Below, one piece after another: positions 1-9,864 of a stretch of 20,000 nt of DNA. The notes below the pieces were generated by a model. It saw only the letters and a program-made list of their open reading frames with translations, ran no database searches and had not been told where the DNA came from. The position numbers were made by a program, and so were the translations under genes. This DNA is from Xylographa opegraphella (lineage: Eukaryota): assembly GCA_022813865.1 (NCBI GenBank), contig JALDZX010000041.1, forward strand, positions 180,596 to 200,595, written 5' to 3'. How positions within the stretch are numbered: position 1 is the first letter of the stretch; each line of letters starts with the position of its first letter.

Positions 1-1278
1 TCCGATCCATCTCATATCCAAAATGGACCGCCACAGATCGGAGAAGGACTTGATACAACTCTGGATCCGGCTGGGAGCGGGCATCCGATCGAAAGTGCCT
101 TCATTGGATTGTCGGAAGCACATCAACAATCACATTTGAGATTAGATTTTACGTCTTTCTCGCCAACAAGGCCACTCCATTCTACAACTGGAGAATCACA
201 GTCCATAGGGGACACATTCAAGTCTTCACGTGTATCGTCGGGTCTCAACTATGTCCATGGCGCACCATCATCGTCGTCCTCATTCCACGCATTGAATACA
301 CTCCACGGCGAGAATGCCCATCCTAGATATGTTCGTCCCAACATATTAGGCCGGAATCCTCATCCTCTTCCAGTTGAGAGCAATATCAGTATCACTCCTC
401 TGCGCTCCGTCCCAGATCACGATAACCACCATCAATTCCGAAGATATGATTCTTACGAGATGTCTCAAGCAGACATAGAGCCAAGTCTGCCGACTTACCC
501 AAACAAATCTGCTGGGAGCTCTCCGGCAAGCCCCCCAGACATCCTGACGCTCAATGGCTATCGCTCTCAACCACTCTCCCGCGACCTGTCACAGATTTCG
601 CAAGTCTCGGGCACAGCTACGGAGCCCATGCCTCCGCACCGGACTAGCATATCTCCTTATCTTAACTCCATTGCCGTGGACTCACCACGCATTCGGAATC
701 TCGACGGCTCTCCGGCCCACAAATCTCCCAAGTTGGGCTATTCCAATCCAATCCCGCCAGCCTCTTTCGTGGAGCAGAGTCCCGATGTAATGGTCAAGAG
801 CGTACCCGCCTTACTTTCCGGCGCTGGTGGCTGGACTTCCGCGCCGCGGGGACAGGACACCAGACGCATTTACCACTTCGCTGGCACGCACAGCGACTCA
901 TCTCCCATCGCCGGAGAAGCCAGTCCCATGTCTCGAACGGGATCGGGCCCTGGCATGAGGGTCGAGGGGCTCGGTATCGACGCTCTTGACAAAGAGGTGG
1001 TTTTCGGCGAGCAGGAGCCCGTCAGTGTGGCGGACGCCAGGCGCCGGATAATGGAATGGGAGGAACAACTGCAAGCGAAGAATAGAGGTACAGCCCGTGT
1101 GACTGGGCGGGCCACCGCCTCTAGCGCACTACCGCCCGTCGCCAGATTGACAGCTGGCGAGCGAGACGTCTTCGAGCGAGGGGCGGATGACACATTTGCT
1201 GGGCTGGGTATTTGGAGCCCGGAACAGATGCAAGGCCAGACCCCGTATCCGGAAGTCAATCGCATGCCGATCGAGTGA
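1..1278 (+). CDS. 3' portion of a Ser/Pro-rich, largely disordered protein of unknown function (5' end outside window)
   Basis: Frame 1 is open from base 1 (TCC GAT CCA TCT...) to TGA at 1276-1278, about 425 codons. The track's start at 109 is a TTG. S/P-rich, with a short helical-looking segment near the end (VADARRRIMEWEEQLQAK). No domain recognised. Confidence 0.7.
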   Translation, partial: SDPSHIQNGPPQIGEGLDTTLDPAGSGHPIESAFIGLSEAHQQSHLRLDFTSFSPTRPLHSTTGESQSIGDTFKSSRVSSGLNYVHGAPSSSSSFHALNTLHGENAHPRYVRPNILGRNPHPLPVESNISITPLRSVPDHDNHHQFRRYDSYEMSQADIEPSLPTYPNKSAGSSPASPPDILTLNGYRSQPLSRDLSQISQVSGTATEPMPPHRTSISPYLNSIAVDSPRIRNLDGSPAHKSPKLGYSNPIPPASFVEQSPDVMVKSVPALLSGAGGWTSAPRGQDTRRIYHFAGTHSDSSPIAGEASPMSRTGSGPGMRVEGLGIDALDKEVVFGEQEPVSVADARRRIMEWEEQLQAKNRGTARVTGRATASSALPPVARLTAGERDVFERGADDTFAGLGIWSPEQMQGQTPYPEVNRMPIE

Positions 1279-1677
1279 AGGCTCAGTACGACCAGAGCCG
1301 CTGTATTAGGCCACAAAGCAACGGAAAAGCATATCGCAAGTTATTTCTATCATCTAACGTAATTTTTCTCTTATATCCCATTTCTCTTCCGCGCCACATC
1401 TGCAAGGGCCCAATAATGTTAGCATCAGGATTTGCATGGGTGTGTGGATTACCTAAAAGTCGGGACGACTGTATGAGGCTCATGCGCTGGCAGCTCATCG
1501 CATTTTTCCTGTTCGGTACGATGTGACGGAGCATATTTGATAGCGCTTTGGGAAGCCTTTTGGGCATCCAGCAGGCGCTGCATTGTGTGGTTGGCAAAGG
1601 GCCTCGATGGCACAGCATATAGAATTTTGGATAGTGTCGCGGAATGATTGAATATGTTCGCATACTGCAAGTACGAT

Positions 1678-1815
1678 GAAGGGTGAATATGCGTTGTGAT
1701 TAAGGATAAGCATGGCATGTAATGAAGGATAAGTATGCACTGTAATGAGGGATAAGCATGGCCTGTACTGAAGGATAAGCATGCACTGTAAAGAAGGATA
1801 AACATGGCCTGTAAT
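1678..1815. repeat. 23-bp minisatellite, 6 units alternating between two variants (46-bp higher-order repeat)
   Basis: Units: 1678 gaagggtgaatatgcgttgtgat (degenerate); 1701 taaggataagcatggcatgtaat; 1724 gaaggataagtatgcactgtaat; 1747 gagggataagcatggcctgtact; 1770 gaaggataagcatgcactgtaaa; 1793 gaaggataaacatggcctgtaat. Confidence 0.9.
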
Positions 1816-2775
1816 GAAGCAGAATAACTCCCGCATGAAGCAGACTGCCTATTCGCGGTGCCCAGAGCGGTGTTGATGCCTCGCTGAGACTCGCAAATCG
1901 CTGTCACCAGCAGGACCAGGAGAGTGCTTGCGAGGGTATATATAATGCAATTAGACAATCACTCCCAGGACTAGCAGAAGGCGGCCACATCGGGTGGTTC
2001 TGGTTCAAACTGTTAGCCTACCGATCGCCGACATTCACCAAAGACGCTCCGAGTTCGAATCCCGCCCTCCTCCTCCTCCGACCGAATATTCCACACCGCA
2101 TCACGAAATATAAGTCAGCATTAACCGATAACTGCAAACAGTCCTGCCTCAGAAGATAGGTTGTTTCATAACATATTCCCCCCGATCGGGGTATTTGAAC
2201 TTTTTGCTGTTTTGCGCGCTGGGTGGCGCATTGTTGTTGCTCCTGCCTGTGCAGGCTTGGTTCTTTTTCTTGCACTTGCACTTGCTCTTTGGTCACTCTG
2301 GATTTCCAGCATCGTGGTGTCTTCTCATATAGCAATCATCAGGCTGGGCGTGTTGCTTGCGGCATAAGTGGTGTGGTTTATGCACCTTCGTGACGCCTGT
2401 CATAGGGCCTTCAAGCAACACAGGCTGCGAGCTGTAGAGCTGGGAATGCGACGAATATGAAAGATATAATTGACTACAACCCAACCATTCAGGTTTGACA
2501 ACGCGTTTACTACACGTTACTGCTTCAACGGATTGTACATATAACAAGCAAAAAAAAAAAACCGATAAACCTGTTCACGACACATAGGGAAACTTGGAAT
2601 TTACTGTATATTTATGTCCAGGCGGCAGATTCACTCCTACCTCCGAGCTGGGTGGCACATTGTTCGCTAACATCGATATCTCACAGCTATTCTTCGGTAG
2701 GTCGAGTGTGCTGTGGAGGAGGTGAGGTGCTGTGCGCCTGATGTGGTTTACGGGACTGACAGGGTTTATTTCTAG

Positions 2776-2819
2776 GGATACTGGTTGGATACTGGTTGGA
2801 TACTGGTTAGATACAGTAG
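2776..2819. repeat. 11-bp tandem repeat (GGATACTGGTT)x3 plus one degenerate copy
   Basis: Perfect copies at 2776-2786, 2787-2797 and 2798-2808, then agatacagtag at 2809-2819. Confidence 0.85.
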
Positions 2820-4061
2820 TCTGTGTATCGTTGCCGTGGTACGGTGGCTCTGATTCGCTTCGAGGATCCTTGTCATTACGTTGAAGGGGGGGTATGGGTA
2901 TCAATACGAGGCTGCGTATTGCACCATGCGACAAGGATCAGGTAGAGGAGCCACAGCTTAAGTACGTTATTTGATTTCTCGCAGTTGTTAAGACTAAGAG
3001 GGGGATAGTATCTCTACAGACTTTTCGTCGCGCTGCACCGTCCGTCAGAGTCCTCCTGTGCAGAAAATACCCACATACGCTTTGATTTACTTGCTGCCGA
3101 CCGCATTCGCGATTCTACATTCTCTTCCCTCGCAGCCGCCCCAAAGTCAACATTTTCATCCGATCGCGATCGAAACTCGTTGCGGCAGTGCCAAGTCGAT
3201 GAGGCTTGGGCTTGAGATACCGCAAATACATTCGGAGGGGCGAGGGTAAATGGGTCTGTGTTGGGTCAAATACATTGTATGCGTTCGGACTCAGATCTGA
3301 GGTCAGAGTATCTTCCGTCTTTGTCTCAATCTGAACTGTGGGACTGGAAGTGGATCTGATCTGTCGGAATGTGGGCCATGGCGCTTTATGTGCTAGGCCT
3401 TGAGAAAGCTATTACACTCGTCCTTGTGACCAGGAAGATATCGGAAAGTGTTTACATTCTCGGCGAAGGGTGAACAACAGTTATTATTGTTTCTGACGAA
3501 TGGAAAGTCAGCTTCAGCTGCAGCAACTTTATCTTTGCCTACCTGGTCAGCTACGTGACCTGCGCCTCTCTCACACGCGTACAGAGAACGTGCTTGTGAT
3601 TACTACTCTGTCTCCAACTCCTCGAATCCGTTTTGCTGGAAGACACGAGGATTGTAATATCGTGCCGTCGGCCACTTTAACAAGTCTAGATACTGAAGGC
3701 GGTGATGGAAGAGGACTTCGAAATTGCGATGCGATTGGCGCAGACACTGTTCCGCTATACGCGATCCAGTGGCGCTCGGAACCTTCGTGACGACAGCTAT
3801 CAGAACGCTTAGCAAGAAACACGAGCATGCAACGGTTCTGTGACAGACAGACCTAGGGCCGGTATCGAATGTATCATATCGCGAACCAAGAGTTTTGCGC
3901 GAAAGCAGAGAAAGTCAGTGCGGACCACATGTCGAAGCAGTTGGTCCGTAACTTTCGCACCTGAATTTCACTTGGCTTTTATCTCGTGTCACTTCAATCA
4001 TGTGAGAGTACAAGTATGTGCGATTTATCAAGATAGAGATCGGCAGTGCCCGAGACAAAAC

Positions 4062-4634
4062 ATGCTGTTCACCTATGTTCTGGTATTTATACTTACCTTC
4101 AAGGCTTTCGTATGCTCCACAACTACCATCACGTCATCACCAACAACGACGAGCTCCCCAAGTGCTACGCATGTGCCAGTCCCGGTCTTCATCGCCCTCA
4201 CCCGGCCTCTATGCGTCTTGCAAAATGCCGATCCCAGATTCACTTTTCAGGTCGAGCAGATGCTCCTCGACCTCCGAGGCGACAACGTCCTGCCACCACA
4301 GTTCCGTCAGATCGTTCATGGCGACGGCCGCTCCATCTGGGTCGTCAACGCTGACCGATGCGAACTGCGGCTCACACCACGACTCAGCCAATCTCAGCTG
4401 ATAGGACTGCCCCGCTCTGTGATTGAGAGATTGTGGGCTTTGGGTTTGAAGGAGGCGATCAGGAACATCTACTTTGAGTGTGTGAAGAACGGCCATGTGG
4501 GCGGGGCGCAGGTGTGGTCGTGGCGGGGCACGGCGAACGAACCCGTGGTGGACGTTGAGGTTGCGATACTCAGAATGCACCAACGACGGGACGGATCTTG
4601 TTTTCCGAGGAGTAGGTCGTGTGTTATTTCCTGA
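4062..4634 (+). CDS. Predicted secreted protein (190 aa): signal peptide, Ser/Thr-rich linker, putative KP4/Ecp2-like Cys core, C-terminal CaaX-like CVIS
   Basis: ATG at 4062 in good context (caaaacATG) within ORF 3840-4634. Hydrophobic N-terminus MLFTYVLVFILTFKAFVCS, then STTTITSSPTTTSSPSAT. Core DRCELRL...W..GLKEAIRNIYFECVKNGHVGG aligns by eye with the neighbouring protein's DTCSLGM...WLMLYSDMHSLIQSCVVSGQMVGG. The fold assignment is inference. Confidence 0.75.
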   Translation: MLFTYVLVFILTFKAFVCSTTTITSSPTTTSSPSATHVPVPVFIALTRPLCVLQNADPRFTFQVEQMLLDLRGDNVLPPQFRQIVHGDGRSIWVVNADRCELRLTPRLSQSQLIGLPRSVIERLWALGLKEAIRNIYFECVKNGHVGGAQVWSWRGTANEPVVDVEVAILRMHQRRDGSCFPRSRSCVIS

Positions 4635-6027
4635 ACACTGAACGAGAAGTGGATCGGGAGGTTGGGATTGGGCGTTTGGGAGGTAGATCGCTTTGGAGAG
4701 GCAGATCTCAGTGTGGACTTGGTGTAGGACGCACCATCTACCCTCGGATTGGCCACCTCCTCGGCCACATGGGCGAGAAACAAAGAGAACGGCATTGGGT
4801 TTTGGTGGCTTCTCTCACCTGTACTGAAGTAGCTGTACACTACTCACCCTTCTGTATCTAGACCTTTGACAAACAATACTTTTTGAAGCACAGGAAGATG
4901 ACACCTGGCAACAGTAGATCACCAGCGGCTTCACATGCTATATGGAGTAACAAAATAATCTACGTACATCCAACTTGGAACTCGGCTCACAAGCTGATGG
5001 GTTCGATTCTTTCGTATTCACGTAGTAATTGCCCAGGTGACTCATACAACTCGTCCGATAACGACCCTTACTACGTATTGTCAACAAGCCTGCTAAAAAG
5101 GATTTCTCGAAAATGTAAGCAATATCGCAAGCAGGGAAGTGATATCCTAATGTTCAAAGTACAATATTGCACAGAACTTTGCTATTTATCTTGTATACTA
5201 CATCCATCATCTCCTCCCTTGTTGCAAAACATTTCTTTCAGATGGAACCTTCAACGTACTCTAGAGCCACATGTGTGCCATGTACCGCCCGGTCCCGACC
5301 GCGTATCTAGACAGACGACATATAAATCGTAATTTCCATAATCGACAGGCTCCAACTCTATGAACAAGAAAGCGCAGTAACGGCAAGCCCTCGAAGCATA
5401 CTCAACCCAGTCGGCTATCGACAGCCACACCATCCAAAACACCACGCATCTTCGACACCAGCAGAGGACAAGTAGCGCCAACGTCCGGAACTAATTAAAG
5501 TTGTCCTGACATGGCCCCAGGGAAATGCATCTCAGGAATCCCTACCACCTATATTCCTCCGAACCCTGCTTTTTGCGTGAAACCCGTCCTGCCGACAGGG
5601 GTGGTGGTGGCCCACTTGTGTGGTCCACACGCTTGTTTGGACTGCACTGAATGGTAAGGTAAAGCGTGAATATTGGTGCTTTGAGGTTTTCTTGGACTGC
5701 AGTTCGGAGGGAGAAGAGGTGTCGTTGAAGTGGGTACGTTGACGGACTACTTTCATAAATGGGTATATGAACGAATGTTTGGAGCCTGTGATGGGTATCT
5801 ATTGCACTGGTCGAGTACTACAGAGCTTGAGGAGCGCATATACAGACCTGAAAGGAAGATCGTTGGCCACTTTGGGCTACTGAAGGGTTCTACAACAGAC
5901 TCTGGTTCGATAGAGGGTTTCTGAGTGTACGAAAATGGGAACATTTGAATTATATACACACCCCGAAGTCAAGAGCCTATGATGAATGTCCAGACACGAC
6001 AGAAGGATTCACGCCGTCATGTTCCCC

Positions 6028-7563
6028 TCAGTGAGATCCCTTCAGTAGAATCCAGCCCCCATGGTGTTGCCATGCCCCATTCGGGGGCACGTTGCCTTCG
6101 AGTGGCTTCCACTGCCCGTCTTCCGCGATCCATGCTTCCGAGAGTGGTTGGTTGGACCGGTCGTGGTGTTGAGTGACTAAGACCGGACGTGCTCCGTGGT
6201 CAGGGTACGCCGGCACAGGATTGCCCGGATACGGACTGCGCGCTCCGTTCCCGAGAGCCAACCACCAGCCGCCTCGTGTTTTCCAGGCCGCTTTCCGCCA
6301 CCCATCGACCCAGTGGCCATCTTCTATGGCCCATGTGCCAGCCACGAACTTTGGTGTGCCGCCTACGAACGTTCTTTGTCCTTGGACCAGAGGCTCAGGC
6401 GCTTCTGCTGGTATACTGCGGTCTGTCAATCTTGCTGCCGGGCAGTCAGTGTTGGGGAGAGCAGCAGGCGGACCAGCGCCAGCTAGAGCAGGCGTATCGG
6501 GACCAGCATTAGACGGACCGCGAGCGGAAGGACCGGGATCGGAAGGACCGGGATCGGAAAGACCAGGATTGGAAGGACCGGGATCGAATCCATCAGAGCC
6601 GGGAGGCCTGAAGGCCGACGAACTAGAGTCAGATACAGCAGAATCTCTACCCTGCCCATCAAATGGTAAATTCAGGACAAAATCCAGCATTGCGGGATCG
6701 AGGTCGTTGTCCGGCATTGGCGCAGTCGCAGGATTGGGGTTGCTGGGACCGGCACCTGCAGGGATACCGCTCCCAGGATGAGCACCACCCGCTGAGTTAC
6801 CGCCCATACCACCACCGAATGGGGCAGCCATACCTCCGCCGACAGGGCCTCCGCCGACGGCGCCTCCGCCGACGGGGCCTCCGCCGACAGGGCCACCACC
6901 CATCATACCACCACCCATACCGCTACCCATACCGCCACCCGCCGGGCCACCACCCATAGGGTTAATAACGGAAGGACCGAGGAGATTCGTCTGCTGTCCA
7001 ACAGGGCGTACATTAGGTTGCGGGTTAGGTGCGTTCAGCCCATGTGTAGCCCTAATAGCGGCGCTGATTACACACTCTGAAATATCCGTCCGACGCGGAC
7101 CATGGTTCGCCATGCAGGTGTTGGCGACATTCACAACGGCAGGATTGACGACTGTGAATACAAACCCATGACCCGGGAGGCTAGTCCCGCCCACCATCTG
7201 CCCGGAAACAACGCACGACTGGATCAACGAATGCATGTCTGAGTAAAGCATTAACCAGGAACCAATGGCTTGATCTCCGTAAGAACTAGCGATGTCCATA
7301 CCAAGGGAGCAAGTGTCGACTGTTATGCCTCGTGGCAGGCGATCCCATTCATTTGAGTGGTAAAGACGAAAAGTTCGTAGTCCGCTCAAGGTAATTGCTG
7401 GCGGTCGTTGACTGAAGAGAGGATCAAACAGATTATGAAAGGCCAGACTGCAGTCCGCGGCGCTGATATGATTTCCAAGATACTCGTGGCAAATCTGTGT
7501 ACAATTGCAGCAAGTAACGATAATAGAAAGGAGGACCCATCCTCTTGGCAGGGAAACTCGCAT
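6028..7563 (-). CDS. Predicted secreted multidomain protein (511 aa): signal peptide, putative KP4/Ecp2-like Cys domain, Gly/Met/Pro-rich repeat linker, duplicated Trp-rich C-terminal module
   Basis: Long uninterrupted ORF 6028-7629; the likely ATG at 7563 gives MRVSLPRGWVLLSIIVTCCNCTQ. The N-terminal pattern C...G..IS.ADC..AF....LP.....TC.......SW.......LI.SCV.....GG resembles, from recall, fungal KP4/Ecp2-like secreted families. In-frame 15-bp repeats preserve the reading frame, which supports coding status. Confidence 0.85.
   Translation of the reverse strand: MRVSLPRGWVLLSIIVTCCNCTQICHEYLGNHISAADCSLAFHNLFDPLFSQRPPAITLSGLRTFRLYHSNEWDRLPRGITVDTCSLGMDIASSYGDQAIGSWLMLYSDMHSLIQSCVVSGQMVGGTSLPGHGFVFTVVNPAVVNVANTCMANHGPRRTDISECVISAAIRATHGLNAPNPQPNVRPVGQQTNLLGPSVINPMGGGPAGGGMGSGMGGGMMGGGPVGGGPVGGGAVGGGPVGGGMAAPFGGGMGGNSAGGAHPGSGIPAGAGPSNPNPATAPMPDNDLDPAMLDFVLNLPFDGQGRDSAVSDSSSSAFRPPGSDGFDPGPSNPGLSDPGPSDPGPSARGPSNAGPDTPALAGAGPPAALPNTDCPAARLTDRSIPAEAPEPLVQGQRTFVGGTPKFVAGTWAIEDGHWVDGWRKAAWKTRGGWWLALGNGARSPYPGNPVPAYPDHGARPVLVTQHHDRSNQPLSEAWIAEDGQWKPLEGNVPPNGAWQHHGGWILLKGSH
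6496..6585 (-). repeat. In-frame 15-bp tandem repeat encoding (D/N)PG(P/L)S pentapeptides
   Basis: + strand ggaaggaccgggatc at 6526, 6541 and 6571; variant ggaaagaccaggatt at 6556; degenerate copies at 6511 and 6496. Confidence 0.85.
6833..6900 (-). repeat. In-frame 15-bp tandem repeat encoding GGG(P/A)V pentapeptides
   Basis: + strand cctccgccgacaggg / cctccgccgacggcg / cctccgccgacgggg / cctccgccgacaggg at 6833, 6848, 6863 and 6878, flanked by GGGM-coding repeats. Confidence 0.9.
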
Positions 7564-9042
7564 GCCTTCTAGAACTTCAAGCTGTAGATTTCGACATGGG
7601 CTATTAAGGTATGAGACAATATTGGACAAGATAAAGCTGCAGCGGCAATGCTGCTCTTAATACTGCAAAGTACCACGTGTGCGACGTGGGTTGTTGATAG
7701 AGGTGCGCCATAATAGGTTTCAGCGCCATCATCCGAAGGACACTTTGCCAGGATTCTCTAGATCCTTCGGAGATCTATTGTTTTAACGTGATTGATACAA
7801 AGCTGCGGTCTGGCATATTCACTGTGTTGCACAGAAACAACGAGGCTGTTTGGAAGCTGTCGAGCCGGTTCGCCGTGTCCTTGATGAAGTCGTCGGAGGA
7901 CATCCTCCGAGGTCCGATTGCGCTAGTCTTGCTCTAGACCAAGAATAGACTAGGCGATACTCCGAAACACTTTCGGGTTTTGAAACCATACCACACAGTA
8001 CAGCTCCTTCCTTTCTCTGCCCCCGAGGTTGACTCTACTGCGGTTGAACACGGCCGGCCTGCATGAAGACTTCTCTTGCTCCCAGCCACGAACGTTGGTT
8101 GGCGGATGACTTATGGGCAGTTCTGGATCAACAATTCGAACTTTCGTCTTCATTTAGTGATCCATTGTGTTGTCAGTCATCATGATTTACATGCTGAGTT
8201 GCGCTTCGACCCGTACGATTCTCACTGTTCCTTCCGAACGTGTATGAGAATCGAGTTGAGAGGCTGTCCGAATTGCTTTTCTCGACCACTTTCCGATCAG
8301 TACTGCGGCATATCGAACCGTTTGTTCATTTTTTGAAATATCTACTCCGTATGGTATGCTCCATGAACCTGCGAGCGACAGAACATCAAGATGATGATAA
8401 CAAACCCCCCCAATCACAGCCTCTATTCAGGTTGCGTAACACTTGTTTGGGGTTGTTCCTAGGACTGAGTGTGCTACTTACTATACATGATACTTACCTG
8501 AGAGGCAGCACAGGAACAAGGCTTGGCATACCGTTCCTGAACCGGTGATTGCCGGTCCCCCCTTCTCTGAATATGGTAAGCTGGTATCAGCGCCGCCATT
8601 GCCACAAATCGAAAAACTATCAACTCTGATTGCCATTTAATCAGTTTCCCCGAAATGCATTACATTTCCAAAGGTCTGCACCCCGATGGTAATGCCTACT
8701 ACACGTACCGAAGCCAACTGTTCTGGGCGACTATAAAATACAAGGGTAAAGACATTTGCATCATTCTGAATCATTCGCCAACAATCTATTAGCTGTTGCT
8801 ATGATCGTGAGGCCGCTATGGTTGTAATGTTTTGTATGCATTGACCGGCATAACACAAAATGTCGTTGGACTGATTTTGTATGGCTCAATGAGGCTGGTT
8901 GAATCCTGAATCTTGCTTCCCTGGCATATATAGTCCCTCAGTATGTCTTTTACTATCAGAAATCCAAGATTTATACTAAAAACAAACAATCCACACTCAT
9001 CTTACCGACGTACCCCAAGTGCAACTTCCATTGACTTTCATT

Positions 9043-9864
9043 ATGTTGGTCCCCTCTATCCTAGTTGCACTGGCAGCCTGCGCCTACGCTGTCCCTACAG
9101 AGACAATTTTTGGTCGTGCAAGTGGATACAGTGGCGTGGCTACTTTCAACGACTATCAGAGTCAAGGGAAGACGGTATGCTATCCGAATGGAGGTGGTAT
9201 GTGATTGTTCTATTGTACTCCTTCTCAAGCACTACGCTGCCACCTCCGATTCTTTTGTCCACCAGCTAAATTAGCTTCAACAGTCAAATCACCGCTAAAA
9301 GGATCCGGAGCATCAGCTGTCTGGGGGGCCGCTGCTGGGGACCTCTCCAAGCACGTCGGCAAAGGCATCTGCACGCCATGGTCGAGTACAGACCCGATGT
9401 CGGCAAAGAACTGCAGCGGAACGACAAACTTCAAGGGTTATCAAGGACCAAACTGCCCGACGAGCAAGTATTGCGGTGCCCCCACGTGCTACAAGGTCAC
9501 CAACATCGGGGCCTTCAACCACGGAACATTCGCCAGCGGCGGAGCGATCTCGACGGGCCAGTCGATCACGGTCAAGATCATCGATGTGTGCCCTGCTTAC
9601 CATGCTCAGAACTATTGCGCTATTTTATCGGACCACAGTCTTGCGAACCTGGAACAGCATTGTGAAAGCAATTCTACGGATAGTTTGGATATCGACACAA
9701 ATGCGTATGCGGCGCTCACGGGCAAGGAGGGAAATCAACAGCATGAGAATGTAAGTGCACCAGTTGTGTTTGCCTGAGTGCAAGCTGCTAAGAGTCGGGG
9801 CTAACTTTTATACAAGGGCGATGCTAATCTCAACATCAACATTCTCCCGACACCTTGTCCCTGA
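9043..9864 (+). CDS. Secreted double-psi beta-barrel (expansin D1 / loosenin / GH45-like, barwin-like) protein, 222 aa, 3 exons
   Basis: Exons 9043-9196, 9284-9750 and 9817-9864. Introns GTATGT...GCTAAA...CAG and GTAAGT...GCTAAC...AAG keep the frame. Signal peptide MLVPSILVALAACAYA. DPBB motifs ATF, GAAA, CG..TCYKVT, SITVKIIDVCP and SLDID...AY..L; 10 Cys in the mature chain; no CBM63 domain. Confidence 0.85.

Noticed and set aside
1678..1815. CRISPR-like array
   Set aside because: Units are contiguous with no unique spacers, there are no cas genes, and the context is eukaryotic.
2010..2070. tRNA or SINE suggested by the B-box-like GAGTTCGAATCCC at 2051-2063
   Set aside because: The T-stem pairs poorly, and no acceptor stem, D-arm or A-box can be built.
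2149..2292. Minus-strand peptide SKCKCKKKNQACTGR resembling the Cys-rich tail of some transposases
   Set aside because: Too short, flanked by stops, with no integrase core or terminal repeats nearby.
2161..2367. Short hydrophobic ORF as a membrane peptide
   Set aside because: TTG start; the hydrophobicity is explained by the T-rich strand composition.
3840..4061. N-terminal extension of the 264-aa ORF
   Set aside because: GTG start and a non-protein-like sequence; the ATG at 4062 directly precedes a signal peptide.
4883..5959. Short ORFs between the two convergent secreted genes
   Set aside because: No consistent spliced model or recognisable motif; a gene relic cannot be excluded.
6173..6959. 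Plus-strand ORFs overlapping the 511-aa gene
   Set aside because: Antisense shadows of a GC-rich repetitive coding region.
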